The notes under the pieces are model-generated. The model saw nothing but the letters and a program-made list of their open reading frames with translations. It made no database searches and had not been told where the DNA came from. Below, piece by piece: positions 31,049 through 43,284 of a stretch of DNA of 64,000 bases. The stretch comes from an uncultured bacterium. Its GTDB lineage: Bacteria; Krumholzibacteriota; Krumholzibacteriia; Krumholzibacteriales; Krumholzibacteriaceae. Made by a program: the position numbers and the translations under genes. The stretch spans positions 1 through 64,000 of the forward strand of contig CAWFAD010000010.1 of NCBI GenBank assembly GCA_963813815.1. The letters run 5' to 3'. Position 1 is the first letter of the stretch. Every line of letters begins with the position of its first letter.

Positions 31049-32344
31049 CTACGGGTTGAGCCCCGGCAGAATGCCCTTTTCCCGGTAGATCGGGTGCAGG
31101 ATTTCGCGCATCTGCTTGATCCTGTTTCCGAAGACCGCCGCCGCGGCGACGCAGACGGCGCCCCCCGCGAGAATCGTGGCCGGCGCGCCGATGCGCTCGG
31201 CGAGGGCGCCGGCCATCAGGCTCCCGAAGGGCGCCATGCCGAGAAAGGCCATAGTGAAGAAGCTCATGACCCGCCCCCTCTTGTCGTCGTCGACGATCGT
31301 CTGGACGACGGTGTTGCTCGAGGCCACGAGCAGAATCATGCCGAGGCCGGTGCCGAACATGAGAACGAGCGACAGCCAGAGCTCCCGCGAGAACGAGAAC
31401 GCGGCGAGCCCGGCCCCGAATCCGGCGGCGGCGAATGCGATGAGCGTCTTGAGCCCGTGCACGCTCCGGCGCGAGGCGAGGTAGACCGTTCCGGCGAACG
31501 CGCCGCAGCCGGAGGCGCCCATGAGGAATCCGAGCGTGCGCGGGCCGCCGCCGAGAACGTCCCTGGCGAAGACCGGCATGAGCAGGGTGTACGGCATTCC
31601 CACGAGGCTCACGACCGCGACGAGGAGTATGATGTTGCGCAGCGGCGCGAGGCCGAACGTGTAGGCCACGCCCTCGCGGAGGCCCTCCATCACGCGGCCG
31701 CCCCGCCGGATCGCGGGGGAGAGAGGAATCCGCATCGCCGCGAGCGCCGCGATCACGGGAATGTAGCTCAGCGCGTTCGCGACGAAGCACACCGTTTCCC
31801 CGACCGTTCCGATGAGAATTCCCGCGACGGAAGGGCCGATGAGACCGGCGGCGTGCACCATCGACGAGTTGAGGGCGATCGCGTTGCCGAGATCATCCTT
31901 GCTGTCGATCATCCGCACGATGAACGATTGTCGTGCGGGAAGGTCGATGGCGTTGATCGCGCCGAGCGCGGCGCTCAGAACGACGAGGTGCCAGACCTCG
32001 ATCGAGCCCGTGAGCACGAGCGCGGCGAGCGCGGCGGCCTGCGCCATGGAGAGTATCTGCGTCACGAGGAGGGTGCGGTGGAGGTTCCAGCGGTCGATGT
32101 GTACGCCGGCGAATGGCGAGAGCAGAAACACCGGAATCTGCGCGGCGAACCCGACCGCGCCGAGAATGAGGGCCGAGCCGGTCAGCCGGTAGGCGAGCCA
32201 GCCGACGGCGACGCGCTGCATCCACGTGCCGACGAGCGAGACGCTCTGCCCGGCGAAGAAGAGCCGGTAGTTGCGGTGGCGCAGCGCCCGGACGAGCAGC
32301 TCGAACCCCGCTGGCTCGGCTCCGGAACCGTTATGCCCTCTCAT
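31049..32344 (-). CDS. MFS transporter
   Basis: ALRHRNYRLFFAGQSVSLVGTWMQ; about 12 TM. Confidence 0.9.
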   Translation of the reverse strand: MRGHNGSGAEPAGFELLVRALRHRNYRLFFAGQSVSLVGTWMQRVAVGWLAYRLTGSALILGAVGFAAQIPVFLLSPFAGVHIDRWNLHRTLLVTQILSMAQAAALAALVLTGSIEVWHLVVLSAALGAINAIDLPARQSFIVRMIDSKDDLGNAIALNSSMVHAAGLIGPSVAGILIGTVGETVCFVANALSYIPVIAALAAMRIPLSPAIRRGGRVMEGLREGVAYTFGLAPLRNIILLVAVVSLVGMPYTLLMPVFARDVLGGGPRTLGFLMGASGCGAFAGTVYLASRRSVHGLKTLIAFAAAGFGAGLAAFSFSRELWLSLVLMFGTGLGMILLVASSNTVVQTIVDDDKRGRVMSFFTMAFLGMAPFGSLMAGALAERIGAPATILAGGAVCVAAAAVFGNRIKQMREILHPIYREKGILPGLNP

Positions 32345-32502
32345 GGACGTATGCCTTCATCCTCGTGTCAGCGGAACAGTTGCGGCCTCGCGTCCCGTTT
32401 CGAGGGACGCCGGCGCTCGAATCGGGAACAGATTTTACTACAGAAGCGTTAAAGATACATATAAAATGGGGCCTTCGAACGCAACCGCCGGGGAGAGGCT
32501 CG

Positions 32503-34299
32503 ATGAAGATTGCGAGAAAATTCAACCTCCCGCTCGCGATGCTGCTGGCCGCGGCGGCCCTCGCGCCGGGCTGCGGGCGGGGCGGTCGCGAGGAACGGGA
32601 GTTTTCCGCGCTCGAAAAGGATTTCGTCGAATATTATCTGAAAACGAATCCGTCGGTCGCCACGTCCGTCGGCGAGCATCGTTACGACGACCGGCTCGAG
32701 GATATGAGCGTCGCGGCCGTGGAGGCGAACCTCCGGACCTGCCGCGGCTATCTCGATCGTCTGCGCGCGATCGACGGGAGCGGGCTCTCGCGCGACCGTG
32801 CGATCGACGCCCGGCTCCTCGAGCAGAACATCGAGCTCATTCTCCTGGATCTCGAGGAGGATCGCGCCTACCGGAACAATCCGCAGCTCTACACCGAGAT
32901 ACTGGCCAACTCGATATACGGCGTTCTGAGCCAGCAATCGGCCCCGCTCGAGGAGCGGCTCGACCGCATCGCGAACCGCCTCGACGAGTTCCCGCGATTC
33001 GTCGCTCAGGCGATTGCCAACCTCGATAACCCGCCGAAGATTCGCACGGAGGTCGCGATCGACGTCACGCGGGGGCTCATCGCGTTTCTCGAGGGCGACG
33101 TGCTGCGCGAGGCGGCACAGGGGAAGAGGATGCAGGATCGCGTGAAAGGCTCGTTCGTGCCGGCCCGGGAGGCGCTCGCGCGGTTTCAGAGTTTTCTTGA
33201 GAACGATCTCCTCAATCGCTCCTTCGGCGACGTGCGCATCGGGGAGGAGTCCTTCCGCAGGCGGTTCGAGCTATCGCTCGGAACCGATATGACTCCGGAA
33301 ATGATGGTGGACGCGGCGTACCGCGAGCTCGACGCCGTGCACGAGCGGATGTTCGCGCTCGCCGCTCCGATCTACGAGGAGATGACCGGCGAGGCGATTC
33401 CGGAGGAGACGGATTACGAGGAGCGGAACCGGATCGTCGCGGCCGTGCTCGCCGACATCGCCGATGATCATCCGGAGCCCCGCGGCCTGCTCGACGCGTG
33501 CAGGGCCGCGTACGCCGAGGCGGAGGGCTTCGTCCGCCAGCGGGATCTCGTCGCGCTGCCGGAGTCGCCCCTCATTATCGACACGGCGCCGCCGTTTCTT
33601 CGGGTGACCCAGATCGCGGCCTCCATTGCGCCGGGGGCTTTCGACCCGGACGGCCGCTACTATTTCATGGTGTCCCCGGTGCCCGATTATCTGAGCCCCG
33701 AGCAGGCGGAGCTCTTTATGCGCGAGTACAACTCCGAGATGATCCGCATCGTGACGATACACGAAGCCATGCCGGGGCACTTCGTGCAGCTCGCCCGCGC
33801 CGCCCGCTCCGCGTCCCCGGTCCGGTCGGCGTTCTCGAGCCCGGCCCTCTGCGAGGGCTGGGCCGTGTACGCGCAGGGTCTCATGGTCGAGGAGGGATTC
33901 CGGGGCGGCGGACGTTTCGCCCTCGTGGCCGACAAATACTATCTGCGCGTCATCGTCAACGCCCTGCTCGATTCGGGGATGCACCGGGAGGGCATGCAGG
34001 AGGACGAGGCCGTTCGTCTCTCCGTGCAGGAGGCCTTTCAGGACGGCTCCGACGCGCTCGCCAAGTGGCGGCGCCGCGTGGGCATCTACCCCAGCTATCT
34101 CTCGTCGTACTTCGTCGGCGCCCTCGAGATCAGGTCGATTCGCGAGGACGCGAGCCGGGCGTGGGGGGAGCGTTTCTCGCTGAAGGATTTCCACGAGAGG
34201 CTTCTCGCGTGCGGCAGCATTCCCCCGAAATACGCGCGCGAGATCGTGCTCGGTCCCGGAGAGGCGACGGCGTCCCCGGGCGCTCTCTCCGGACGCTAG
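32503..34299 (+). CDS. DUF885 family lipoprotein
   Basis: Lipobox LAPGC; HEAMPGHFVQ, EGWAVYA, FSLKDFHE. Confidence 0.85.
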   Translation: MKIARKFNLPLAMLLAAAALAPGCGRGGREEREFSALEKDFVEYYLKTNPSVATSVGEHRYDDRLEDMSVAAVEANLRTCRGYLDRLRAIDGSGLSRDRAIDARLLEQNIELILLDLEEDRAYRNNPQLYTEILANSIYGVLSQQSAPLEERLDRIANRLDEFPRFVAQAIANLDNPPKIRTEVAIDVTRGLIAFLEGDVLREAAQGKRMQDRVKGSFVPAREALARFQSFLENDLLNRSFGDVRIGEESFRRRFELSLGTDMTPEMMVDAAYRELDAVHERMFALAAPIYEEMTGEAIPEETDYEERNRIVAAVLADIADDHPEPRGLLDACRAAYAEAEGFVRQRDLVALPESPLIIDTAPPFLRVTQIAASIAPGAFDPDGRYYFMVSPVPDYLSPEQAELFMREYNSEMIRIVTIHEAMPGHFVQLARAARSASPVRSAFSSPALCEGWAVYAQGLMVEEGFRGGGRFALVADKYYLRVIVNALLDSGMHREGMQEDEAVRLSVQEAFQDGSDALAKWRRRVGIYPSYLSSYFVGALEIRSIREDASRAWGERFSLKDFHERLLACGSIPPKYAREIVLGPGEATASPGALSGR

Positions 34300-34949
34300 A
34301 GCTCGACGATCGCCCGGACGCCGTTCATCGCCTGAAGCTTCTCAACGAGCGCGTGATGCCGCTCGTGCGACGCGGCGTACTCGAAGGTCGCCTTCCAGAT
34401 TTCCCCGTTTCGGCTCACCTCGACGGCCTCGCGGTCGATCCGCAGCTCCTCGAATCCGGCGGTGATATCCTTGAGCGCCCCCTCGTGCCGGTCGAAGGTC
34501 ACCTGCATGAGATGGTACGAGCGCTTCGTCGCGAGCTTCTCCTCGATGGCGCCGATGACGACGAGCGTGCCCGTGATGAGGAAGGCGACGAACACGGAGA
34601 GCAGCAGGTACCCGGCGCCGACCGCGAGCCCGATCGCGGAAAGAGCCCAGATCGTCGCCGCCGTCGTGAGCCCGACGACGTGAAAGCGGGAGCGCATGAT
34701 CGTTCCGGCGCCGAGAAATCCGATGCCGGTCACGACCTGGGCCGCGATGCGGCCCGGATCGGCGGTGCGCGCCGCCGAGCGCGCGATCTCGATCGAGATG
34801 ATCATGATGAGGCACGAGCCGATGCAGATGAGCATATTGGTGCGCATGCCGGCCGGCTTCCCCTTGAACTCGCGCTCGAGTCCGACGGCTCCTCCGATGA
34901 GGAGCGCGATCACGAGGCGCACGAGATAGCTCGAAAAAGGCTCTGTCAT
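34296..34949 (-). CDS. MgtC/SapB family membrane protein
   Basis: GLERE, AGMRT, DPGRIAAQVVTGIGFLGAG, GLTTAA. Confidence 0.92.
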   Translation of the reverse strand: MTEPFSSYLVRLVIALLIGGAVGLEREFKGKPAGMRTNMLICIGSCLIMIISIEIARSAARTADPGRIAAQVVTGIGFLGAGTIMRSRFHVVGLTTAATIWALSAIGLAVGAGYLLLSVFVAFLITGTLVVIGAIEEKLATKRSYHLMQVTFDRHEGALKDITAGFEELRIDREAVEVSRNGEIWKATFEYAASHERHHALVEKLQAMNGVRAIVEL

Positions 34950-35059
34950 TTCGGCACCGTCCCGGTTCGTTTTCTAGAGATTGGATGCGGGGGACATAGT
35001 ATATTTACGCACAGTCTAGGGCGGCCACCGGGGCCGGCACAAGGAAAAAGAGATATCAT

Positions 35060-37384
35060 ATGCGGCTCGGCGAACTGATTCGAACGCTGTCTCTCTCGCG
35101 CGATCCCGCCCGGCTTCGGCTCGGCATCCGGGGGCGCGTGCAGGGGGTGGGCTTCCGTCCCGGGATCTACCGGATCGCCAAGCGCTCGGGGGCGGGCGGG
35201 TCGGTGCGCAACACGCGCCGCGGCGTGGTCGTCGAGATCGAAGGCTCCGCCGACGCGATCCGGTCCTTTCTCCGGGGGCTCGCCGACGAGCTTCCGCCGC
35301 TCGCCCGGATCGACGACGTCGTCGCCGAGGAGACGGAGCCCGCCGGCGAGCGCGAGTTCGTGATCGCCCCGAGCGAGGGCCGGGGGGCGGCCGAGGCCGT
35401 TTTCCCCGTCGACGCGGCGACGTGCCCGGATTGCCTGCGGGAGCTGCGCGATCCGTCCGACCGGCGGCACCGGTATCCCTTTATCAACTGCACGAACTGC
35501 GGCCCGCGATTCACGATCATCGAGGGGCTGCCATACGACCGTCCGCTCACGACGATGCGCGATTTCGCGATGGACGAAGGGTGCCGGGCGGAGTACGCGG
35601 ATCCCGCCGACAGGCGGTTCCATGCGGAGCCGATCTCCTGTCCGGGCTGCGGCCCGGCGCTCCGGCTCGTCGACGCCGCGGGGCGGGACGTTCCCGGGGA
35701 TCCGGTCGCGGGGGCGGTCGCGCTGCTCGCCGAGGGGCGGATTCTCGCCGTCAAGGGGCTCGGCGGCTACCACTTCGCCGTGGTCGCGACCGACGAGGAG
35801 GCCGTGCGGCGGCTGCGCGAGCGCAAGGGGCGCCCCGCGAAGCCCTTTGCCTGCATGTTCCGCGACATGGACGTTCTCGAACGGTACTGCGCCGCCGGCG
35901 ATACGGAGCGCCGCCTGCTGCGCTCGGCGGAGGCGCCGATCGTGCTGCTCCGGCGGGGAGAGCGCCGGCTGCCCGGCGCGGTGGCGCCGCGGAACGCCTA
36001 CGTCGGCGCCATGCTCCCCTACACGCCCCTGCACCATCTTCTCATGGAGCGGTTCGAGGTCCTCGTCATGACCTCCGGCAATTTCACCGACGAGCCCCTC
36101 ATCTCGAACGAGGGGGAGATCCCGGCGGTCCTCGGGTCGATAGCGGACGCGGCTCTCGTGCACGACCGCCGCATCGCGCACAAATGCGACGATTCGATAT
36201 TTTTCACCCCCGGTGGGGAGACGGTGCCGGTGCGGAGGGCGCGCGGGCTCGTGCCGGAGCCCATCGCGCTGCCGTTCGCGGCGGAGGTGCCCATCGTGGC
36301 CCTCGGAGCGCAGGAGAAGAGCACCTTCGCCCTCGCGCGCGACGATCGGGCGTTCGTCTCGCCGCACCTCGGGGATCTCGGCGACGTCCGGAGCGACGAC
36401 AACTTCCGGCGCGAGCTCGCCTCCTTCGAGCGCATGCTCGACGTCTCGCCGCGCGCCTGCGCGCACGATCTGCACTTCGATTATTACACGACGCGTCTCG
36501 CCGCCGTGCTTCCCGTGGACGCGCGGATCGCCGTTCAGCATCACCACGCGCACGCGGCGAGCGTCATGGTCGAGCACGGGCTCCCGGGACCGGTGATCGG
36601 GGTCGTCTTCGACGGCACCGGATACGGCACGGACGGAAAGCTCTGGGGAGGGGAGTTCCTGCTCGCCCGCTACGACTCGTTCGAGCGGCTCGCGGCGCTC
36701 GCGTATGTGCCGCTCCCGGGCGGGGAGGCGGCCATTCACGAACCGTGGAGGATGGCCCTTATGCAGCTGCGCCGCCTCCAGAGCGACGGAGGGCCGTTGC
36801 GGCTTCCCCGCGGCGTCTCGTTCGAGGGGCTCCCCGCGGACGAGGTGCTTTCGATCGCCCGCCACGGCATCAACTCGCCCGGCACGTCGAGCATGGGGCG
36901 TCTCTTCGACGCGGCGGCGTATCTCCTCGGCTGCGGCGCGCGGGTGTCGTACGAAGCCGAGGCGGCCGTGGCGCTCGAGGCGCTCGCATGCGAGGCGCGG
37001 GACGCCGCGAAGAGCTACGCCTTCGCGGTCGGGGGGGGAGAGGGTTTCGCAGTGATCGAGCCGGCGCCGGTTTTCGCGGAGATGCTGAACGATATCGCCG
37101 CCGGCGTGCCCGCGCCCGAGATCGCCGCCGCGTTCCACCGGGCCGTGGCCGGCCTCGTGCTCTCGTACGGAACGGCGCTGGCCCGCCGGCACCGGTGCGG
37201 CGACATCGTCCTCTCCGGCGGATGCTTCCAGAACCGCCTGCTCTGCGAATACGTCTTGGAGGGCGCGACGGCGAAACCGGAGCGCTTTTACCTGCACTCG
37301 CTCGTTCCGCCGAACGACGGCGGAGTGTCGCTCGGCCAGCTCGCCGTCGGCATCGCCCGGCTCCGCAGACACGAAAGGAAGTGA
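35060..37384 (+). CDS. hypF: Carbamoyltransferase, hydrogenase maturation
   Basis: GRVQGVGFRP, CPDC/CTNCGPR zinc fingers, KGLGGYH, QHHHAH, PPNDGGVSLGQ. Confidence 0.95.
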   Translation: MRLGELIRTLSLSRDPARLRLGIRGRVQGVGFRPGIYRIAKRSGAGGSVRNTRRGVVVEIEGSADAIRSFLRGLADELPPLARIDDVVAEETEPAGEREFVIAPSEGRGAAEAVFPVDAATCPDCLRELRDPSDRRHRYPFINCTNCGPRFTIIEGLPYDRPLTTMRDFAMDEGCRAEYADPADRRFHAEPISCPGCGPALRLVDAAGRDVPGDPVAGAVALLAEGRILAVKGLGGYHFAVVATDEEAVRRLRERKGRPAKPFACMFRDMDVLERYCAAGDTERRLLRSAEAPIVLLRRGERRLPGAVAPRNAYVGAMLPYTPLHHLLMERFEVLVMTSGNFTDEPLISNEGEIPAVLGSIADAALVHDRRIAHKCDDSIFFTPGGETVPVRRARGLVPEPIALPFAAEVPIVALGAQEKSTFALARDDRAFVSPHLGDLGDVRSDDNFRRELASFERMLDVSPRACAHDLHFDYYTTRLAAVLPVDARIAVQHHHAHAASVMVEHGLPGPVIGVVFDGTGYGTDGKLWGGEFLLARYDSFERLAALAYVPLPGGEAAIHEPWRMALMQLRRLQSDGGPLRLPRGVSFEGLPADEVLSIARHGINSPGTSSMGRLFDAAAYLLGCGARVSYEAEAAVALEALACEARDAAKSYAFAVGGGEGFAVIEPAPVFAEMLNDIAAGVPAPEIAAAFHRAVAGLVLSYGTALARRHRCGDIVLSGGCFQNRLLCEYVLEGATAKPERFYLHSLVPPNDGGVSLGQLAVGIARLRRHERK

Positions 37385-37392
37385 CGGACGAC

Positions 37393-38409
37393 ATGTCACA
37401 GGAAGCGCGCGAACGGATACTCCTCGCCCACGGCGGCGGCGGTCTGCTCATGAAGGAGCTCGTCCAACTGATCGTCGGGCGCCTCGGGCGGCCCGGCGCG
37501 GGCCCGCTTCAGGACAGCGCGACGCTGGAGGTGGAGGGGGGGCGCATCGCCTTCACGACCGACTCGTTCGTCGCCAGTCCGCTCCGTTTCCCCGGAGGGG
37601 ATATCGGGCGGCTCGCCGTGTGCGGAACGGTGAACGATCTCGCCATGTCCGGAGCGAGACCGATGTGGCTCTCCCTGTCGTTCATCATCGAGGAGGGACT
37701 TCCCCTCGACGAGTTCGCGCTCATCCTCGATTCGATAGCGGCGGCCTCCCGCGAGGCGGGGGTCGCGATCGCGACGGGAGACACGAAGGTCGTCGAACGG
37801 GGAAAGGCGGACGGCCTTTTCATCAACACGTCGGGGATCGGGATCGTGCCGCCCGGCGTCGAGCTCTCCTCGGCGGCGGCGCGGCCGGGGGACGCGGTGA
37901 TTCTGAACGGAAGCGTGGGCGAGCACGGGCTCGCGCTCCTCAGCCGCCGCGAGGGGATCGATTTCGGGAGCGCGCTCGAGAGCGACTGCGCGCCCCTCTC
38001 GCTCCTCACCGTTCCGCTGCTCGAGCGCTTCGAAACGATCCGCGCCATGCGCGACGCGACGCGCGGCGGCCTCGCCTCGGTCCTCAACGAGATCGCGGCC
38101 GATTCGGCGGTGTGCCTGCGCCTCGACGAACGCGCAATCCCCGTCTCGGACACGGTGCGGCGCGCCTGCGAGCTCATGGGGTATGATCCCCTGCACATCG
38201 CGAACGAGGGAAAGTTCGTGGCCGTGGTGGGGAGCGAGGAAGCCCGAGAGGTCGTGGCCTTCATGCGCGCGCACCCGCTCGGGGCGAACGCGGCCGTCAT
38301 CGGAGAGGCTGCCGCCGCGCCCCCGGGCATCGTCTCTCTCCGGACCGTTTTCGGCGGCGAGCGCGTCGTCGACGTCCCCTACGGCGACATACTGCCGAGG
38401 ATCTGCTGA
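37393..38409 (+). CDS. hypE: Hydrogenase maturation protein
   Basis: AHGGGG, FTTDSFV, GTVNDLAM, RDATRGG, C-terminal LPRIC. Confidence 0.95.
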   Translation: MSQEARERILLAHGGGGLLMKELVQLIVGRLGRPGAGPLQDSATLEVEGGRIAFTTDSFVASPLRFPGGDIGRLAVCGTVNDLAMSGARPMWLSLSFIIEEGLPLDEFALILDSIAAASREAGVAIATGDTKVVERGKADGLFINTSGIGIVPPGVELSSAAARPGDAVILNGSVGEHGLALLSRREGIDFGSALESDCAPLSLLTVPLLERFETIRAMRDATRGGLASVLNEIAADSAVCLRLDERAIPVSDTVRRACELMGYDPLHIANEGKFVAVVGSEEAREVVAFMRAHPLGANAAVIGEAAAAPPGIVSLRTVFGGERVVDVPYGDILPRIC

Positions 38410-38458
38410 GCCGCTACCGGTTGCGGGCGGCGCCGATCTATAGTATGTTGGTTCGATT

Positions 38459-39271
38459 ATGATCGATTATCATCTGCACGGCAACTTCAGCGGCCACGGG
38501 AGCGGCGAGCTCGTCGAGTACGTCGACTCCGCTCTCGCCAAGGGCTTCGTCGAGATTGGCTTCAGCGATCATCTGCCGAAGGTCGTCGATCCCGATCCCT
38601 ACCACGCGATGCTCGAGGAGGAACTTCCCCGGTACGTCGACACCGTCCTTTCGCTCCGGGAGCGCTATCGCGGCCGCATTACGATCAGGCTCGGCATCGA
38701 GGCGGATTACTTCGAGGGGCACGAGGACGCCACGCGCGAGCTGCTCGCGAGGTTCCCCTTCGACTATGTTCTCGGCTCGATTCATTTTCTCGGCGATTGG
38801 CACTTCACGAGCCGGGAGGGGCTCCCCCGGTACGCCGAGGAGGATCCCGCCACCGCGTTTCCTCTCTATTTCGATCTCCTCGGCCGCATGATCGCCACGG
38901 GGCTCTTCGACGTCGTTGCGCACCCCGACGCGCTGCGGCGCGGCTCGTTCCATCCGGTTCGCTCGCTCGACCGCGAATACGGAGTCCTGGCGCGGCTTCT
39001 CGCCGCGCGGGGCATGGCGATTGAGCTCAACACGGGCGGTATCCGCCGGGGCCGCGGGGCGCCCTATCCCGACCGGGACCTGCTCGCCGCGTGCGTCGCC
39101 TCCGGCGTGCCCATCACGCTCGGCTCCGACGCCCATTCGCCGCAGGACGTCGGGAGGGATTATGGGGAGGCCTTTCGGGTGCTCGCCGATCTGGGGGTGA
39201 ACGAAGTCGCCACCTTCGATCTCCGCAGGCTCGCCGCGAAGCCGCTCGAGCCGCGGCTCGACAGGGCTTGA
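38459..39271 (+). CDS. PHP-family histidinol-phosphatase (HisJ-like)
   Basis: DYHLH, GFSDH, GSIH, AHPD, GSDAH. Confidence 0.85.
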   Translation: MIDYHLHGNFSGHGSGELVEYVDSALAKGFVEIGFSDHLPKVVDPDPYHAMLEEELPRYVDTVLSLRERYRGRITIRLGIEADYFEGHEDATRELLARFPFDYVLGSIHFLGDWHFTSREGLPRYAEEDPATAFPLYFDLLGRMIATGLFDVVAHPDALRRGSFHPVRSLDREYGVLARLLAARGMAIELNTGGIRRGRGAPYPDRDLLAACVASGVPITLGSDAHSPQDVGRDYGEAFRVLADLGVNEVATFDLRRLAAKPLEPRLDRA

Positions 39272-39296
39272 CAGCCGGGGCGGGAGAAGGTATTTT
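39268..39296 (+). promoter_or_regulatory. Putative sigma-70 promoter of guaB
   Basis: TTGACA-17-TATTTT. Confidence 0.6.
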
Positions 39297-39385
39297 GCAA
39301 GAACCGAATCCGCCGAGCATCATGGAAATAAATATCTTACCGTGACGAGAGGAGGAAGAAGGGGCCGACGCCGCCTTCGCCGCCA

Positions 39386-40851
<1,466 letters not shown>

Positions 40852-40902
40852 CGCCCCGCCGGAGAGCGGCGGAAAGTCCGGGCCCGCGGGGCAGGGAATT
40901 CG

Positions 40903-41622
40903 ATGCAGCTACTGGAGCCCCGGGAACGCCTCGAACGCATCGCCGGCGTCGCGAATCGGTGCGGCGTCGACGTCGTTTCGTCGTGTCTTCTCGACGGGGA
41001 GACGAAATCCCGTTTCCACGCTTCGCTGAGAGAGGCCGCGACCCGGCTCGATTACGCGATCGTGCTCGGCATCCGTCTCTCGTCCGAGGTGCTCGATACG
41101 ATCGCGGGCGCCCCGAACTGGACCTACTACCACCACTACCGGACGGTGAACTTCGCGCTCGATCAGGCGGCGCTCCTCGCGGCGGCGGAATGCCGGCGGC
41201 TCGGCGCGCGGGCGCTTCCCGTGCCCGCCTCGCAGGTCCTCGACTGGGAGCGCCTGCTCGGGCATCTCTCGCACCGCGAGATCGGAGCGCTCGCCGGAGT
41301 CGGCTGGAGGGGCAGGAACAATCTCCTCGTGCATCCCCTCTACGGCTCCCAGGTGCGTTACGCGACCGTTCTGACCGATCTGCCCCTTCTCGCGCGGGGC
41401 GTCGATTCCGCCGGCGAGGCCGGCTGCGGCGATTGCCGGGCCTGCGTCGCCGCGTGCCCGGCGGGGGCCATCCAGTTCGACCCGCTCGCGTTCGATCTCG
41501 ATCGCTGCACGGCGCAGGTGCGGCGCTTCTCGCAGAGCGAGAAGCTCAACGTCCTCATCTGCGGGATTTGCGTTCGCTCGTGCCGCGGCCGGGCCGCCGC
41601 CGCACAGGGAGGAGCCGCATGA
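40903..41622 (+). CDS. QueG-like 4Fe-4S double-cluster protein
   Basis: [46 protein letters not shown]. Confidence 0.75.
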   Translation: MQLLEPRERLERIAGVANRCGVDVVSSCLLDGETKSRFHASLREAATRLDYAIVLGIRLSSEVLDTIAGAPNWTYYHHYRTVNFALDQAALLAAAECRRLGARALPVPASQVLDWERLLGHLSHREIGALAGVGWRGRNNLLVHPLYGSQVRYATVLTDLPLLARGVDSAGEAGCGDCRACVAACPAGAIQFDPLAFDLDRCTAQVRRFSQSEKLNVLICGICVRSCRGRAAAAQGGAA

Positions 41623-42512
41623 AGGACGCCCTCGCCCGGATCAACCATTCGGTATGGGAGCTCGCCAAGCTCGTCGCGAAGCATCCCGACAGCTATATGA
41701 TTCGAGCCGATTTTCTCCGCTACTATCACGAGAGCCGGCTCTTCGGCGAGCGGCGGCGGAACATACCGGAGGAGGGGCGGAGCTTTCTCATGCTTCAGGA
41801 GCGCGAGGCGCTCTGCTGCTATCTTCTCCACGGCATCGGCGGCTCCCCCGCCGAGATGCGCCCCCTCGGAGAGCACCTCTATCGATCGGGCCATACCGTT
41901 TACGGCGCGCGTCTCGCGCTCGGAAACGACGGGCCGGGCGATCGGATCGGCGGAAGAGACCGGCGCGGCGTCGCGCGGATTCCGTGGCGGCGCGACGGCG
42001 GAAACCGGGCCGGTTACGATTGGGAGCGCTGCGTCGCCGACGCGGACGTCGTGCTCGGCGCGCTCCTGACCTTTTCGCCCGACGTCTGCGCCTTGGGGTT
42101 CAGCTTCGGCGGCGCCGTCGCCTTGAATCTCCTGCGGGACCGGCCGCTCAAGGGGGCTGTTCTCATCGCTCCCGGCCTCTTTCCGGCTACCGACGGCCGT
42201 TCGACGCTGTTTTCCTTCCTGCGCACGCTCGCGCCCTTCGTCGCGCGGGAGGCGTTTCCCCGGGAGTCCGCGCTCCTCGAGTTCGCCGAGCGCACGCGCG
42301 CCCGGGTCGCGGCCGTCGAGCAGCCGGTTCTCGTCATCCAAGCGTCGCGGGATCGCGTCGTGTCGCCGCGGGGTTTCCATTACATCAAGGCGCGCGCCAA
42401 GCATCCGAAATCGCGTTTCGAGCTCATCGACAGCTCGAACCACGTGCTCGTCAAGGGCGACGAGGCGCGCCGCGTCTACCCGCTCTGCGTCGATTTTCTC
42501 AAAGAGATTTGA
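41619..42512 (+). CDS. Alpha/beta hydrolase (carboxylesterase-like) with N-terminal extension
   Basis: LLHGIGG, GFSFGG nucleophile elbow, DRVV, SNHV. Confidence 0.8.
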   Translation: MKDALARINHSVWELAKLVAKHPDSYMIRADFLRYYHESRLFGERRRNIPEEGRSFLMLQEREALCCYLLHGIGGSPAEMRPLGEHLYRSGHTVYGARLALGNDGPGDRIGGRDRRGVARIPWRRDGGNRAGYDWERCVADADVVLGALLTFSPDVCALGFSFGGAVALNLLRDRPLKGAVLIAPGLFPATDGRSTLFSFLRTLAPFVAREAFPRESALLEFAERTRARVAAVEQPVLVIQASRDRVVSPRGFHYIKARAKHPKSRFELIDSSNHVLVKGDEARRVYPLCVDFLKEI

Positions 42513-43284
42513 TTCGGTCGAGCGAGCCGAGGTCGAAGGCGAAGGACGGGTCGAGCTCGCGCAGGGCGCGGGCCGCTTCCTCGAGCGACTGTCTGCCGCG
42601 CGGTGTGGGATCGCGGCGATAGGAGGAGTAGCGGTCGAGGAAACGATCGTACGCTTCGGCGACGCCCGAGCGCTCGCGCGCCGGCGTCGAGTGCTCGAGA
42701 TGGTACAGGGTGCCGTCCGAGATTCCCCGCACGATGCCGAGATGTTCCCCGGCGAGATGCGAGAGCACGGCGAGGTACCGTTCGAATCCGCGGGAGAGCT
42801 TGCCGAGGACGTCGGCGGCGGCGTTCCCTCGGCGGGCGAGACCGGCCGCCAGGGAAGAGGCGATCGCGTAGTACGCCTTCGCGCGTCCGACATACGCGGC
42901 GTCCGGCGGCGCCAGGCGCGGCGTCGATCCCGGGCGCTTGCCGCGGGCGTTCCTGAATATTCCGAGGGAAACGAGCAGCGCGTCGGCCGCCGCGCGGTAC
43001 GTCTCGTACCGGGCGCGGGCCCCCGGGGCGGCCGTGATCGCCTCGAAGAGATCCGCGTCGGAGAGCGCGAGGCCCTCGTCGAACGCCCCGCCCGCCGGCT
43101 GGATGCGCGAGGCGAGGAGCCCTGCGAGGTACACGTTCACGTCCTCGTCGGGAAACTCGTGATTCGACGGATATCCCGTTTCCATGCGGCTCGTGAGGAG
43201 CGCGTTCATCATGAAAAAATGCGCCTGCTCGGGAGTGGAAAACCGCGAGCCGGAAATGGGAGTATAGGCGGTCAGAACGCTCAT
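42499..43284 (-). CDS. Hypothetical helical protein
   Basis: GAGG RBS before ATG 43284; protein-like composition (DEDVNVYLAGLL, ADALLVSLGIF). Confidence 0.65.
   Translation of the reverse strand: MSVLTAYTPISGSRFSTPEQAHFFMMNALLTSRMETGYPSNHEFPDEDVNVYLAGLLASRIQPAGGAFDEGLALSDADLFEAITAAPGARARYETYRAAADALLVSLGIFRNARGKRPGSTPRLAPPDAAYVGRAKAYYAIASSLAAGLARRGNAAADVLGKLSRGFERYLAVLSHLAGEHLGIVRGISDGTLYHLEHSTPARERSGVAEAYDRFLDRYSSYRRDPTPRGRQSLEEAARALRELDPSFAFDLGSLDRIKSL

Noticed and set aside
35422..38409. Apparent 995-aa HypE with a long N-terminus
   Set aside because: The extension is an alternate frame of hypF; hypE has its own RBS and ATG at 37393
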